Positions 34,382-44,627 of a stretch of 55,496 bases of DNA are shown piece after piece (within the stretch, counting starts at the first letter, position 1; each line of letters starts with the position of its first letter). Below the pieces are notes generated by a model that had not been told where the DNA came from, ran no database searches, and saw only the letters and a program-made list of their open reading frames with translations. A program made the position numbers and the translations under genes. The stretch covers positions 1 to 55,496 of the forward strand of contig NYZB01000189.1 in assembly GCA_002687015.1 (NCBI GenBank), read 5' to 3'. The stretch is from Deltaproteobacteria bacterium (lineage in GTDB: Bacteria; Myxococcota_A; UBA9160; UBA6930).

Positions 34382-36928
34382 TCAGGAGGGCGGCGCAGAC
34401 GGGGGTGAATCGCCCCGGTCTCCGCCGTCATCGGGCTTCTGGCCCCGCGGCCCGCGGCCGCGCCTTCGCCGACCGCGGCTGCCCCGCCGCCGGCGCTTGC
34501 GTCCCTTGCCCTCGGCATCGTCGGCGGCCCTGAGCTCGGTATTCGCCTCGGCCTTGGGGCGGCGTGCCTTGCCTCCGCTCGCCTCCGCGTCTGCGCCACC
34601 GGACCGGCGCCCGCGCTTGCGGCCCTTCTGGCCTCGCCGGCGTTGGTTTCCTCCGGGCCGTCCGCCGCGTCCGCGTCCGCGACCCCGGCGCCGCTCCTCG
34701 CCCTTGGGCAGCGCCAGCGGCTCCCAGAAGCTGTCGGGCCGATCCGCCTGGCCCCGGCAGCCATCGCACATGCCGCAGGCCTCGCCTCCCTCCTCGCCGA
34801 AGTACTCGCGCAGGAAGGTGGCCCGGCACACCGAGTCGATCGCGTAGTCCGCCACGGCATCGAGGCGTCGCGCGTCCTGGGTGCGCAGGGTCTCGAACTG
34901 GCCCGCGAGCTCGCGGGCTCGAGGCTCGAACTCGTCGGGCGGCACGATCACGTAGATCGCCTCGCTGTCCCACTTGACGAGGGTCGCCTCCTCCATCAGC
35001 GCCAGCAGGGCCCCGGTGGTGCGCGTACCCAGCTCGGCCGACAGGGCCAGGGCCTGGAGGCTGGGGATCTTGTCCTCCTTCGCCCAGGCGGCCAGCGCGC
35101 GAGCCAGCTTGTAGAGCTGCTCGGGTCGCACACGGCTGCGCGACAGCAGGGCCTCGTGGATCTGCCGGTCCTCTGACGAGAAGAGCAGGATGCAGTTGGC
35201 CCGGCGCCCGTCCCGGCCCGCCCGCCCGGCTTCCTGCACGTACTGCTCCAGCGAGGCGGGCGACTGGTAGTGCATCACGTAGCGGATGTCGGACTTGTCG
35301 ATGCCCAGGCCGAAGGCGCTGGTCGCAACCATCACGGTCCGGCGGCCCCGCTGCATGAAGGAGTTCTGGCCCTTCCTGCGCTCGGCCGCGCTCATCTTTC
35401 CGTGGTAGCGGTGGCAGGGAACGCCGAAGCGCTTCAACACGGCCCAGATCTCGTCGACCTCACGGGTGGTGGAGCAGTAGATGATGCCCGGCCTGCGCAC
35501 GCGCAGGGCCAGCCGGGCCAGGGCGCGCAGCCGCGCACCGCCGGTGCAGTGCAGCACGTCGAAGGCCAGGTTCGAGCGGTGCGGAGAGCTGGCGACGACG
35601 TGCGGATCGCGCATGCCGACGAAGCGGATGATCGCCAGGCGCACCTTCTCCGTGGCGGTGGCGGTAAGCGCGACGACTGGCGGGGAGCCCATGGTGCGCA
35701 GCCGCTCGCCGATCTGGAGGTAGGCCGGGCGAAAGTCGTAACCCCATTCCGAGATGCAGTGAGCTTCGTCGACTGCGGCCAGGGAGACGCCCGAGGTCCG
35801 CAGGGCCTCCGCCGCATCCGGCGCGGCGAGGGTCTCGGGGGTGGTCATCACCAGCACCCGCTCGCCGCTCTGGATGCGTTCGAGCGCCTTCTTGCGCTTG
35901 CCGCCGCGGATCGTGCCGTCCAGCCGGACGCAGGGCACGCCCAGCTTCTCGAGCTTGTCGTACTGGTCCTGCAGGAGGGCCAGCAGTGGCGAGATGACCA
36001 GCACCGGCTTGGGCAGGATCATCGAGGGGATCTGGTAGCAGGCGGACTTCCCGAAGCCGGTGGGGAGGATCATCATGACGTCCTTCCCGTGCAGGCCCTG
36101 CTCGATCACCTCCTCCTGCTCGGGGTGGAGCTGGCGGATGCCCAGCCGCAAGGCGGCCTTGCGCATCGCGTCGAGGCGCTGCTCCCTCGTGTCGAGGGGC
36201 ACCTCTCCCTCGAAGACCGGACCCGTCGGGATCTCGATCTCGTCCTCCGGCGGGAGCTCCTCGTCCTCCTCCTCGAGATCCCCAACCAGGGAGTCCGCCT
36301 CGGCCTGAAGGGCCTCGAGGGCGTGCTCGATGCTTTCGACGGCGGCGACCCGCGTCACTGCCGGCTCTGCGTCTCCATCCGGCTGCTCGGCCGCTGCTTC
36401 CCCGGCGTCCTCCTCGCCCGCGGCGTCCTCGGGGGTCTCCTCGACGGCTGCAACCTTTCGGGGCCTTCGCGCCCGCTTCGGCTTGGCAGGGGGTGGCGTC
36501 TGCTCCGCGTCGTCGTCGAGATCGAACATCTCCTCGGCCACGGAGAACTCCTCGAGCTCCTCGGCGGGCTCGGGAGCCGGCTTGCGGGGGCGGCGGCTCT
36601 TGCGCGCGCTGGGGCGCCGTGCGGGCTTGGCCTCCGTCGCGGTCTCGTCAGTCGGCGCCTCGTCCGTGGCATCGGCCGGGGCCTCGTCCGCGGCCGCATT
36701 GGCCTTCTTCGAGCGCGTCCCTCTCGAGGCGGCGGACGATCTGGCCGCGCTGGCCTTCTTGCGGCTGGCCTTCCGGGGCGCCGCCTCGGGCTCCTCCGCT
36801 TCGTCCGCGCCCTGCCCGGCGCGGGGCGTGGCCTCCCTCGTGGTGGCCTTCTTTCGGGTTGCGCGTCGGGAACGGGGCTTCGCCTTGGAAGTGCCCTCGC
36901 CGGACTCGCCGTCGGTGGGTTCGCTCAA
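34382..36928 (-). CDS. recQ: RecQ-family ATP-dependent DNA helicase with long low-complexity N- and C-terminal extensions
   Basis: LPTGFGKS, VDEAHCISEWGYDFRPAY, ALTATAT, QEAGRAGRDG, Zn motif CR..CGMCDGC; start at TTG 36928 uncertain. Confidence 0.9.
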   Translation of the reverse strand: MSEPTDGESGEGTSKAKPRSRRATRKKATTREATPRAGQGADEAEEPEAAPRKASRKKASAARSSAASRGTRSKKANAAADEAPADATDEAPTDETATEAKPARRPSARKSRRPRKPAPEPAEELEEFSVAEEMFDLDDDAEQTPPPAKPKRARRPRKVAAVEETPEDAAGEEDAGEAAAEQPDGDAEPAVTRVAAVESIEHALEALQAEADSLVGDLEEEDEELPPEDEIEIPTGPVFEGEVPLDTREQRLDAMRKAALRLGIRQLHPEQEEVIEQGLHGKDVMMILPTGFGKSACYQIPSMILPKPVLVISPLLALLQDQYDKLEKLGVPCVRLDGTIRGGKRKKALERIQSGERVLVMTTPETLAAPDAAEALRTSGVSLAAVDEAHCISEWGYDFRPAYLQIGERLRTMGSPPVVALTATATEKVRLAIIRFVGMRDPHVVASSPHRSNLAFDVLHCTGGARLRALARLALRVRRPGIIYCSTTREVDEIWAVLKRFGVPCHRYHGKMSAAERRKGQNSFMQRGRRTVMVATSAFGLGIDKSDIRYVMHYQSPASLEQYVQEAGRAGRDGRRANCILLFSSEDRQIHEALLSRSRVRPEQLYKLARALAAWAKEDKIPSLQALALSAELGTRTTGALLALMEEATLVKWDSEAIYVIVPPDEFEPRARELAGQFETLRTQDARRLDAVADYAIDSVCRATFLREYFGEEGGEACGMCDGCRGQADRPDSFWEPLALPKGEERRRGRGRGRGGRPGGNQRRRGQKGRKRGRRSGGADAEASGGKARRPKAEANTELRAADDAEGKGRKRRRRGSRGRRRRGRGPRGQKPDDGGDRGDSPPSAPPS

Positions 36929-37188
36929 GAGGTCCTCGCACGCGCGCACGCCGCAGCCGCCAGGGCAGCCAGGCGAGCCCGTTCTCTGCGACACCGCCTG
37001 TGGGCACGGGGAGGTCCAGGTGCCGGTCACAGGGAGGCGGCGTCGAGGGACGGGCCGCGTTCTCCCATGGGGTACCGAATTCGTGGGCCGACCACCATGG
37101 ATGGGAGGCACATTTCGCCCCGCGGGGATCCAAAGAGCCTGTCCGGACGATCCGTTACCCTCCGCTGCCCATTGCGCAGGAGACGACC

Positions 37189-38166
37189 GTGAGCGACGCC
37201 GAGACTGCAGAGAACCTCACCACGCTGGCCAAGCACCTGGCCGCCCAGGATCTCGACCCGGGTCTGGCCACCGTGCTCGAAGGGCTCGCGCTGGGCTGCA
37301 AGGCCATCGGCCACCGCGTGCGGAGGGCTCGCATCGAGGACGTGGTCGGCGTGGCCGGCGGGGAGAACGTGTTCGGGGAGATCCAGCAGAAGCTCGACGT
37401 GCTCTCGGACGAGGTCCTGCTCCAGTGCCTGCGCGACGCCCCCGCGGCGGCCGTCTATGCCTCCGAGGAGCAGGACGGCCCGGTGGTCCTGCGCACGGCC
37501 AGTGAAGGGGGTCGTTTCGCGGTCCTCGCCGACCCCCTGGACGGCTCGTCGAACATCGACGTGGCGGTCAGCGTCGGCACGATCTTCAGCGTGCTCCCGA
37601 ACGACAAGCCGGACGACGAGACCGGGATGGCGGTGCTGCAGCCCGGCCGCAACCAGGTCGCCGCGGGCTACGTGCTCTACGGCTCGTCGATCGTGCTGGT
37701 CCTGGCCACCGAGGCCGGCGTCGACATGTTCACCCTGGACCCGATGCTGGGCGACTTCGTCCTCGTCCTGGCCAAGATCGAGATTCCGCAGGAGAAGAAG
37801 ATCTACTCGATCAACGAGGCCTATGTGAACGACTTCGACGAAGGTCTCAGGGACTACCTGGCCTTCGTCCACGAGAGTGGCTACGGCGCCCGGTACATCG
37901 GCTCCATGGTGGCGGACGTCCACCGAACCCTGCTGAAGGGTGGAGTCTTCATCTACCCGGCGACCGGCAAGTCGCCCCAGGGCAAGCTGCGCCTCATGTA
38001 CGAGGGCAACCCCATGGGCTACGTGATCGAGCGCGCGGGTGGAGCGGCCTCGGCGGGCCGCGGTCCGATCCTCGACCGGATTCCGAGCGAGGTGCACGAG
38101 CGCACACCCGTGATCGTGGGATCGGCGGCCGAGGTGGACCACGTGACCCGTCGGACCCATCCTTGA
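37189..38166 (+). CDS. fbp: class 1 fructose-1,6-bisphosphatase
   Basis: QQKLDV, SEE, DPLDGSSNID, ARYIGSMVADVHRTL, KLRLMYE; AGGAG RBS. Confidence 0.95.
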   Translation: MSDAETAENLTTLAKHLAAQDLDPGLATVLEGLALGCKAIGHRVRRARIEDVVGVAGGENVFGEIQQKLDVLSDEVLLQCLRDAPAAAVYASEEQDGPVVLRTASEGGRFAVLADPLDGSSNIDVAVSVGTIFSVLPNDKPDDETGMAVLQPGRNQVAAGYVLYGSSIVLVLATEAGVDMFTLDPMLGDFVLVLAKIEIPQEKKIYSINEAYVNDFDEGLRDYLAFVHESGYGARYIGSMVADVHRTLLKGGVFIYPATGKSPQGKLRLMYEGNPMGYVIERAGGAASAGRGPILDRIPSEVHERTPVIVGSAAEVDHVTRRTHP

Positions 38167-38242
38167 TGGGCGCCTGCGCAGGCCCCGGCGCCGGGATCGA
38201 CGGCGCGGCTCGGCTTCGCGTTCGCCGCGGGGCCGGGCCTGC

Positions 38243-39085
38243 GTGAGCCTCTCGCGGCACGCGGAGCTCCGCCACCCGGTCGAGGATCTCCTCGATTCCC
38301 GCGTCGCCGACTACCGGGACCTCCAGGAGAAGGAAGGGCTCCGGGCCCGGGGCTGCTTCGTGGCGGAGAGCCGCCACGTCGTGCGGCGCCTGCTCGCCGA
38401 GCCGCGTTTCCCCGTGCGCTCGCTCTTCCTGACGGACGCGGCGGCCTGCGAGCTGGCCGCGGATCTGGAGGCGATTGGCTGCACCGCGCCGGTCTACATC
38501 GGCAGTCGCGCCCTGCTCTCGGATGTGGCGGGCTACCGGGTGCACCAGGGCTGTCTCGCGATCGCCGAGCGGGCCGCCGAGCCCACGCCCCAGTCGTTGG
38601 TCCGGACGGCGGCCGAGGCGGGCCGGTCCCTCGTGGTCTTGGAGGAGCTCGCCAACCCCGACAATGTGGGTGCCATCTTCCGCAACGCCCAGGGCTTCGG
38701 GGTGGGCGGGGTGCTGCTGGTCGGCGGCGCCGATCCCCTCTATCGCAAGGCCCTGCGTGTCTCGATGGGGGCCACCCTCGCGCTTCCCTTTGCGCATGCG
38801 CGGGCCTGGCCGCAGGAGCTCGAGCTCCTGCGGGCCGCGGGTTTCACGACACTCGCCGCGGTGGTGGCAGGGGAGGGCGACCCCGTCGAGGTGGGGGACA
38901 TCGGCACGCGGCTTGCCCGCCCCAGCCGGTTCGCGCTGCTGCTCGGCACGGAGTCCGCCGGCCTGAGCGCCGCCGCCCGCGGCGCCTGCGACCTCGAGGT
39001 CACGATCCGGACCGCCGGAAGCCTCGATTCCCTGAACGTGGCCAGTGCCTCGGCGGTGCTGCTGCACCGGCTCCAGGCTCCGTGA
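38243..39085 (+). CDS. TrmH/SpoU-family RNA methyltransferase
   Basis: NPDNVGAIFRNA, LGTESAGL, DSLNVASA. Confidence 0.9.
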   Translation: MSLSRHAELRHPVEDLLDSRVADYRDLQEKEGLRARGCFVAESRHVVRRLLAEPRFPVRSLFLTDAAACELAADLEAIGCTAPVYIGSRALLSDVAGYRVHQGCLAIAERAAEPTPQSLVRTAAEAGRSLVVLEELANPDNVGAIFRNAQGFGVGGVLLVGGADPLYRKALRVSMGATLALPFAHARAWPQELELLRAAGFTTLAAVVAGEGDPVEVGDIGTRLARPSRFALLLGTESAGLSAAARGACDLEVTIRTAGSLDSLNVASASAVLLHRLQAP

Positions 39086-39939
39086 GTCGGATCCTGATCG
39101 CGGGCTGTGGCTACGTCGGCTGCCGGCTGGCCGCGGAGCTGGTCCTGGCCGGCCACGAGGTCCACGGTCTTCGCCGCGAGGGTGCCCTGCCGGAAGGTGT
39201 CCACGCCGTCCATGCCGACCTGCTGGACGGGGCGGCGCTCGCCCGCGCCCTTCCCGGGGGCCTCGATGTCGCGGTCTACGCGGCATCGCCGGGGGAGCGC
39301 TCCGACGCCGCCTACGAGCGGACCTTCGTCACCGCCCCGTCGAAGCTCCGCGAAGTCCTCGAGCGGAGCTCGCCCGGTCTCTCCCGTGTCCTCTTCGTGT
39401 CGAGCACGGCCGTCTACGCGCAGGCCAGAGGGGAAGTGGTCGACGAGCGGGCCGCCACCGAGCCCCTCCACTTCACGGGTCGCCGGCTCCTCGAGGGCGA
39501 GCGCGGGGCTACAGCGTGGCCGGGGCAGGCCTGTGCCGTGCGGCTCGCGGGCATCTACGGGCCGGGCAGGGCAGGCCTCGTCGATCGGGTGCGGCGCGGT
39601 GAGGCGACCTTCGCACCGGGGCCACCCCGCTACCGCAACCGCATCCATCGCGACGACGCCGCCGGCCTGCTGGCGCATCTGCTCGGCCTGCCCGGCCTGC
39701 CCCCCGTGATTCTCGGTGTGGACGATGCTCCCGTGCCGGAGCGGGAGGTGCTCGAGTGGCTGGCGAGCCGCCTCGGCGCGCCTGCTCCGCGAGCCGGCGA
39801 GCCCGCCCCCGGCAGCCGGGGTGCCGCCGGGAACCGGCGCGGCTGCAACGATCTGCTGCGCTCCACGGGCTACGTCCTGCGCTATCCGACCTATCGGGAG
39901 GGCTATGGCGCGCTGCTCTCGGATCACCTGCTAGCGTGA
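39082..39939 (+). CDS. atypical SDR / NAD-dependent epimerase-dehydratase family protein
   Basis: AGCGYVG, VSSTAVY, RLAGIYGPGR, NRIHRDD, YPTYREG. Confidence 0.85.
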   Translation: MSRILIAGCGYVGCRLAAELVLAGHEVHGLRREGALPEGVHAVHADLLDGAALARALPGGLDVAVYAASPGERSDAAYERTFVTAPSKLREVLERSSPGLSRVLFVSSTAVYAQARGEVVDERAATEPLHFTGRRLLEGERGATAWPGQACAVRLAGIYGPGRAGLVDRVRRGEATFAPGPPRYRNRIHRDDAAGLLAHLLGLPGLPPVILGVDDAPVPEREVLEWLASRLGAPAPRAGEPAPGSRGAAGNRRGCNDLLRSTGYVLRYPTYREGYGALLSDHLLA

Positions 39940-39965
39940 AGCTCCCGGACGCAGAGGAGACAGCC

Positions 39966-40787
39966 ATGTTCCTTCGAGCCCTGGGCTCACTGTGCGTGGG
40001 AACCCTCGTCGCGGCGAGCGCAAGCGCGGGCACCCACATGGTGATGGAGACCTCGCGCCTGTCCGACGGCGAGGTCCTGGAGCGGACGGTCCTGCACGTC
40101 GACGGCAGCCGCCTGCGCGTGGACACCGATGGCGGCAAGAGCAGCGTCGTCTACCTGGCCGACCGCCAGCGCGTCTGGCTGCTCGACCACGGAGACCGCT
40201 CGTACGTCGAGGTGGACCAGAAGACCACCGAGAGCCTTGCGAGGAAGCTCGGCCACCTGAACCAGGAGCTTCGCAATCGCATCGAGGGCCTACCCGCCGA
40301 GCAACGGGCCGCGGCCGAGCGCCTCTTGAACAAGACCCTCGGGCCAGGCAACGAGGGGTCGGCTCCCAGGGTGGTGGTGGTCCCGAACGGCGAAGACGAG
40401 GTGATCGAGGGACGCCCCTGCCGCAGCTTCGACATCCTGCGCGATGGCGAGCGCGTCGCCGATGTGTGCCGGGCCGGGTTTGCCGAGGCGGGAGTGAGCG
40501 CCGAGACCCTGGGAGCGCTGCGCGATCTGGCCGGCTTCCTGCGCAACAGCATCGCCTCGCTCGCACCGGAGAGTGTGCGCAGCCAGGGCCTCGACGCCCT
40601 CGATTCCTTCGACCGCATCGAAGGGGTGCCGCTCCGCGTCCGCTCCTACAAGAACGGCAAGCCGGTTCGCCAGAGCCGGGTCACCGAGCTCGCCAGCCGC
40701 GACTTCCCCGCCAGCGACTTCACGGTTCCGGGCGACTACCAGAAGCAGCTGGGCCTCAACATCCGCGACCACATCGGCCCACCCTAG
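39966..40787 (+). CDS. secreted hypothetical protein (DUF4412-like)
   Basis: Signal peptide ending ASA-G; LRVD, DRSYVE, IEGRPC, FTVPGDY patterns; GAGGA RBS. Confidence 0.6.
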   Translation: MFLRALGSLCVGTLVAASASAGTHMVMETSRLSDGEVLERTVLHVDGSRLRVDTDGGKSSVVYLADRQRVWLLDHGDRSYVEVDQKTTESLARKLGHLNQELRNRIEGLPAEQRAAAERLLNKTLGPGNEGSAPRVVVVPNGEDEVIEGRPCRSFDILRDGERVADVCRAGFAEAGVSAETLGALRDLAGFLRNSIASLAPESVRSQGLDALDSFDRIEGVPLRVRSYKNGKPVRQSRVTELASRDFPASDFTVPGDYQKQLGLNIRDHIGPP

Positions 40788-40853
40788 CCCCGCCCGCGAG
40801 GCGCCAACCCAGGGTCAGCCTCCTCGTTGACTCGCCATCTCTCGGGGGGTGGG

Positions 40854-41918
40854 TCAGTCCTCGGGGACCAGGGCTTCGAAGCGCGACTTGTCCATGGCCT
40901 TCAGGTAGGCGTCGCGGGGGTTGATCACGTCCTGCTGGACCAGGTCCATCAGGGCGTCGTCCATCGCCTGCATGCCGTCGGACTTCCCGGACTGGATGAC
41001 CGAGCTGATCATGGGCGTGTTGCCCTCGCGGATCAGGTTCGGAAGGCCCTGGGTGCGAAGCAGGATCTCGTTGACGGCGACCCTGCCCTTGCCGTCGGCC
41101 CGCGACAGCAAGAGCTGGGACACGACGGCGGCGAGCGATTCGGAGAGGCTGATGCGGACCTGTGCCTGCTCGCTCGCCGGGAAGGCATCGATGATCCGAT
41201 CGATGGTCTTGGCCGCGCCGTTGGTGTGCAGGGTGCCGAAGACCAGCATGCCCATCTCGGCCGCGGTGATCGCCATCGAGATGGTCTCCATGTCACGCAT
41301 CTCGCCCACCAGCACGACGTCCGCGTCCTGCCGGACCGCCGCCCGCAGCGCCGGGGCAAAGCCCTGGGTGTGCTCTCCCACCTCCCGATGGGACATGACC
41401 GACTCGCGATTCTGGTGCACGAACTCGACGGGGTCCTCGATCGTCACGATGTGCTTGCTCTGCTCGCGGTTCACCTTGTCGATGATCGCGGCCAGGGTCG
41501 TCGACTTTCCCGAGCCGGTGGGACCGGTGACCACGACGAGGCCCTGGGTCAGATCCGCCAGCCGCCCCACGGCGGGGGGCAGGTTCAGGTCCTCGAGGGT
41601 GATGATCTCCTCGGGGATGATCCGGAACACCGCCGCCGCACCGTTCTGCTGGTAGAAGTAGTTCGTCCGGAAGCGGGCCACGCCCTCCAGGCCGTAGGCG
41701 AAGTCGAGGTCGTGGGTCTCCTCGTACTCTGCCCAGTGCCGATCGTTCGCGATCGGCTGGAGCAGCTCCAGCAGCTGCTCCTGGCCGAGGGTGTCCCAGC
41801 CCTCGATCGGCTCGAGATGGCCCTTGGCGCGGATCCGCGGCTCGAGCCCCGCCGCCAGGTGGAGATCGGAGCCGTCGTGTTCCTTCAGGTAGCGGAGCAG
41901 GTCGTCGACCTGGGGCAC
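40854..41918 (-). CDS. pilT: PilT/PilU-family type IV pilus retraction ATPase
   Basis: GSDLHL, GPTGSGKSTT, TIEDPVE, VLVGEMRD, GTLHTN. Confidence 0.93.
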   Translation of the reverse strand: MPQVDDLLRYLKEHDGSDLHLAAGLEPRIRAKGHLEPIEGWDTLGQEQLLELLQPIANDRHWAEYEETHDLDFAYGLEGVARFRTNYFYQQNGAAAVFRIIPEEIITLEDLNLPPAVGRLADLTQGLVVVTGPTGSGKSTTLAAIIDKVNREQSKHIVTIEDPVEFVHQNRESVMSHREVGEHTQGFAPALRAAVRQDADVVLVGEMRDMETISMAITAAEMGMLVFGTLHTNGAAKTIDRIIDAFPASEQAQVRISLSESLAAVVSQLLLSRADGKGRVAVNEILLRTQGLPNLIREGNTPMISSVIQSGKSDGMQAMDDALMDLVQQDVINPRDAYLKAMDKSRFEALVPED

Positions 41919-41927
41919 GCTCTTCTC

Positions 41928-43421
41928 CTAGGCGCCGGGGATCTTGCGAGGGTCGTCGCAGTGACGGATCGCCTCTTCCCGGGTGATCGTCCCGGCCGTG
42001 ACCAGCTCGGCCAGGCTCTGTTCCAGCAGGCACATGCCCTGGGTCATGCCGGTCTGCAGCATCGAGCTGATCTGGAAGGTCTTGTTCTCCCGGATCAGGT
42101 TGCCGATCGCCTTGTTGGTGACCAGCACTTCGAGGGCCGGAACCCGGCCCTGTCCATCCGCGGTGGGGATCAGTCGCTGGGAGACGACCGCTCGCAGGGA
42201 CTCGGAGACCATGTTCCGGATCTGGTCCTGCTGCTCGGCAGGGAAGACTCCGACCAGTCGGTTCACGGTGCGGATCGTGCTGTTGGTGTGCAGGGTGGCG
42301 AGCACCAGGTGACCGGTCTCGGCGGCGGAGAGCGCCAGCGAGACCGTCTCGAGATCGCGGAGCTCTCCGATCACGATCACGTCGGGGTCCTCGCGAAGGG
42401 CGCCCTTGAGCGCCCGAGCGAAGGAGTGGGTATGCGCGCCCACGTTGCGTTGGTTCACCACGCAGCGCTTGGAGGGGTGCACGTACTCGACGGGATCCTC
42501 GATCGTGAGGATGTGCTCCTTCCGCTCGGTGTTGATGATGTCGACCATCGCCGCCAGCGTGGAGGACTTCCCGCAGTTGGCCGGGCCGGTGACGAGCACA
42601 AGCCCCTGGTGGTAGTTCGTGAACTTGGCGAGCGAGGTGGGAAGGCCCAGATCCTCGAGGGAGGGCGCCTCGTCCGGGATGTGCCGGAAGACGCCATCGG
42701 TCCCTCTCTGCTGTCGGAACAGGTTCGAGCGGAAGCGACCCAATCCGGGCACGGAATAGGCGAAGTCGATCTCACCGCTCTCGAGGAAGGTCGTTCGTTG
42801 CTTCTCGTCGAGCGCCGCCAGCAGCATTCGTTCGGCGGCCTCGGGCTCGATCGGCGCCTCTCCCGCCGCCTCGAAGCGGCCATGAAGGCGCAGGCGCAGC
42901 GGGACCCGACTGTGGACGTGGATGTCGCTCGCGCCGCGCTCGACACCCTGGCGAAGCAGGTCCAGCAGGGGCTCGACGTCGCCCGGACGCACCTGCGGCG
43001 CCGGCGCCGCTGCCGGAGCGGGCCTGGGCCGCGACTCGGCCTTCTTCGCCGGAGTCTCCCCTGCGGGCGGGGTCTCGGGGGAGATGGGCGGAGCCTCGCG
43101 AGGGGGTGCCTGGGCGGCCGGCCTCGTCGCCACCGGCTCTTCCGCTGGCTGGCTGGGAGCCGCCTCGGCGGCCCCGGCCTCGGGAACGGGGACCTGGGTT
43201 TCTGCGCTCTGCTTGGCCTTGGCGCGCGCCACCACCTGCTGGCGGGCGCGCAGCACCTGTTGGAGCTGGGCCTCGGTGAGGTGGCCCAGCTCGACCAGGA
43301 TCGCGCCGAGGTTGCCACCGGCCGTGCCCTGACGGTGGGTGGCCTCCGCCAGCTGGTCCATCGTGATCAGCTTGAGGTGGAGGGCGATGCGGCCGAGCAG
43401 CGGAGCGGGACGGTCGGTCAT
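41928..43421 (-). CDS. pilT: PilT-family ATPase with N-terminal MshEN-like domain and Pro/Ala linker
   Basis: ASDIHV, GPANCGKSST, TIEDPVE, ALREDPD, IGELRD, ATLHTN; N-terminal NLGAILVELGHLTEAQLQQVL. Confidence 0.88.
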   Translation of the reverse strand: MTDRPAPLLGRIALHLKLITMDQLAEATHRQGTAGGNLGAILVELGHLTEAQLQQVLRARQQVVARAKAKQSAETQVPVPEAGAAEAAPSQPAEEPVATRPAAQAPPREAPPISPETPPAGETPAKKAESRPRPAPAAAPAPQVRPGDVEPLLDLLRQGVERGASDIHVHSRVPLRLRLHGRFEAAGEAPIEPEAAERMLLAALDEKQRTTFLESGEIDFAYSVPGLGRFRSNLFRQQRGTDGVFRHIPDEAPSLEDLGLPTSLAKFTNYHQGLVLVTGPANCGKSSTLAAMVDIINTERKEHILTIEDPVEYVHPSKRCVVNQRNVGAHTHSFARALKGALREDPDVIVIGELRDLETVSLALSAAETGHLVLATLHTNSTIRTVNRLVGVFPAEQQDQIRNMVSESLRAVVSQRLIPTADGQGRVPALEVLVTNKAIGNLIRENKTFQISSMLQTGMTQGMCLLEQSLAELVTAGTITREEAIRHCDDPRKIPGA

Positions 43422-43521
43422 GATCGCCGCCTTATCGGCCCGGGGACGGGTCCGCCTGAGCCCGTCGGCCCGACCCGCGAGGGGGACGGCTCGGGCCGTC
43501 CTTCCGCTAAGGTGGCCCGCG

Positions 43522-44577
43522 ATGATCGATCGCACCGACGACCTTCGGATCCGGGAGCTTCGGCCGCTCCTCCCCCCCGCCATCCTGATCGAGGAGCTCC
43601 CCCTCGGGGAGGAGAGCGCTCACGTCGTGGCCCAGGGGCGCCGCGACATCCAGGCGATCCTGCGCGGCGAGGACGACCGCCTCGTCGTGGTCGTCGGGCC
43701 CTGCTCGATCCACGATCCCGAGGCGGCCCTCGAGTATGCGGATCGCCTCGTCGAGGTCGCCGACACGCATCGGGACCAGCTCTGCGTGGTGATGCGGGTC
43801 TACTTCGAGAAGCCGCGCACGACCGTGGGCTGGAAGGGCCTGATCAACGATCCCGATCTCGACGAGAGCTTCCACATCAACGACGGCCTCCGGAAGGCGC
43901 GGGGCCTGCTGGTCGAGGTCGCGGAGCGAGGGCTCCCGGCGGGCTGCGAGTTCCTCGACCCCATCACGCCCCAGTTCATTGCCGACGTCGTGTCCTGGGG
44001 AGCGATCGGCGCGCGCACCTCGGAGAGCCAGGTCCATCGCGAGCTGGCCTCGGGCCTGTCGATGCCCGTCGGCATCAAGAATGGCACCAACGGCAGCATC
44101 CAGATCGCCATCGACGCGATGGGATCGGCGCTCCACCCGCATCACTTCCTCTCCGTCACGAAGCAAGGGGTCGCGGCGATCGTCGCGACGGGCGGAAACG
44201 AGGATACCCACATCATCCTGCGCGGCGGTGAGAACGGCCCCAACTTCGAGGCTGAAGCGATCGCCGAGGTGGTGGCGGCCCTCGAGAAGGCCGGGCTGCG
44301 GCCGCGGGTGATGGTCGACTGCAGCCACGGCAACAGCAGGAAGGACCACGAACAACAGCCGGCCGTCGCCTCCGCCCTCGCCCGTCAGCTGCGCGCTGGC
44401 TCGCGCCACGTCTTCGGGGTGATGCTCGAGAGCTTCCTGATCGACGGCCGCCAGAACTACGATCCCGAGAACCTGGTGCGCGGACAGAGCATCACCGATG
44501 CCTGCATGAGCTGGGAGCGCACCGAGCCGATCTTCTCCGAGCTGGCCCTTGCCGTCGAGGCCCGCCGCAAGACTTGA
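43522..44577 (+). CDS. 3-deoxy-7-phosphoheptulonate (DAHP) synthase, class I-alpha
   Basis: GPCSIHD, RVYFEKPRTTVGWKG, IGARTSESQVHRE, VDCSHGNS, SITDAC. Confidence 0.96.
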   Translation: MIDRTDDLRIRELRPLLPPAILIEELPLGEESAHVVAQGRRDIQAILRGEDDRLVVVVGPCSIHDPEAALEYADRLVEVADTHRDQLCVVMRVYFEKPRTTVGWKGLINDPDLDESFHINDGLRKARGLLVEVAERGLPAGCEFLDPITPQFIADVVSWGAIGARTSESQVHRELASGLSMPVGIKNGTNGSIQIAIDAMGSALHPHHFLSVTKQGVAAIVATGGNEDTHIILRGGENGPNFEAEAIAEVVAALEKAGLRPRVMVDCSHGNSRKDHEQQPAVASALARQLRAGSRHVFGVMLESFLIDGRQNYDPENLVRGQSITDACMSWERTEPIFSELALAVEARRKT

Positions 44578-44627
44578 GTGGGGCTCGCCTGAGGCTCGCG
44601 GTTCTGGAGTCTCGGGCGCAGGGATCG

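Noticed and set aside
40827-44231. Very long alternative-frame ORFs (also 164-1930, 3439-6768, 51563-55192, 27652-29715)
   Set aside because: Antisense or shifted-frame shadows expected in high-GC DNA; they overlap motif-bearing genes and carry no motifs themselves
43522-44577. DAHP synthase as a dedicated precursor-supply gene of the cluster
   Set aside because: It lies about 10 kb outside the cluster among housekeeping genes, with no sign of linkage
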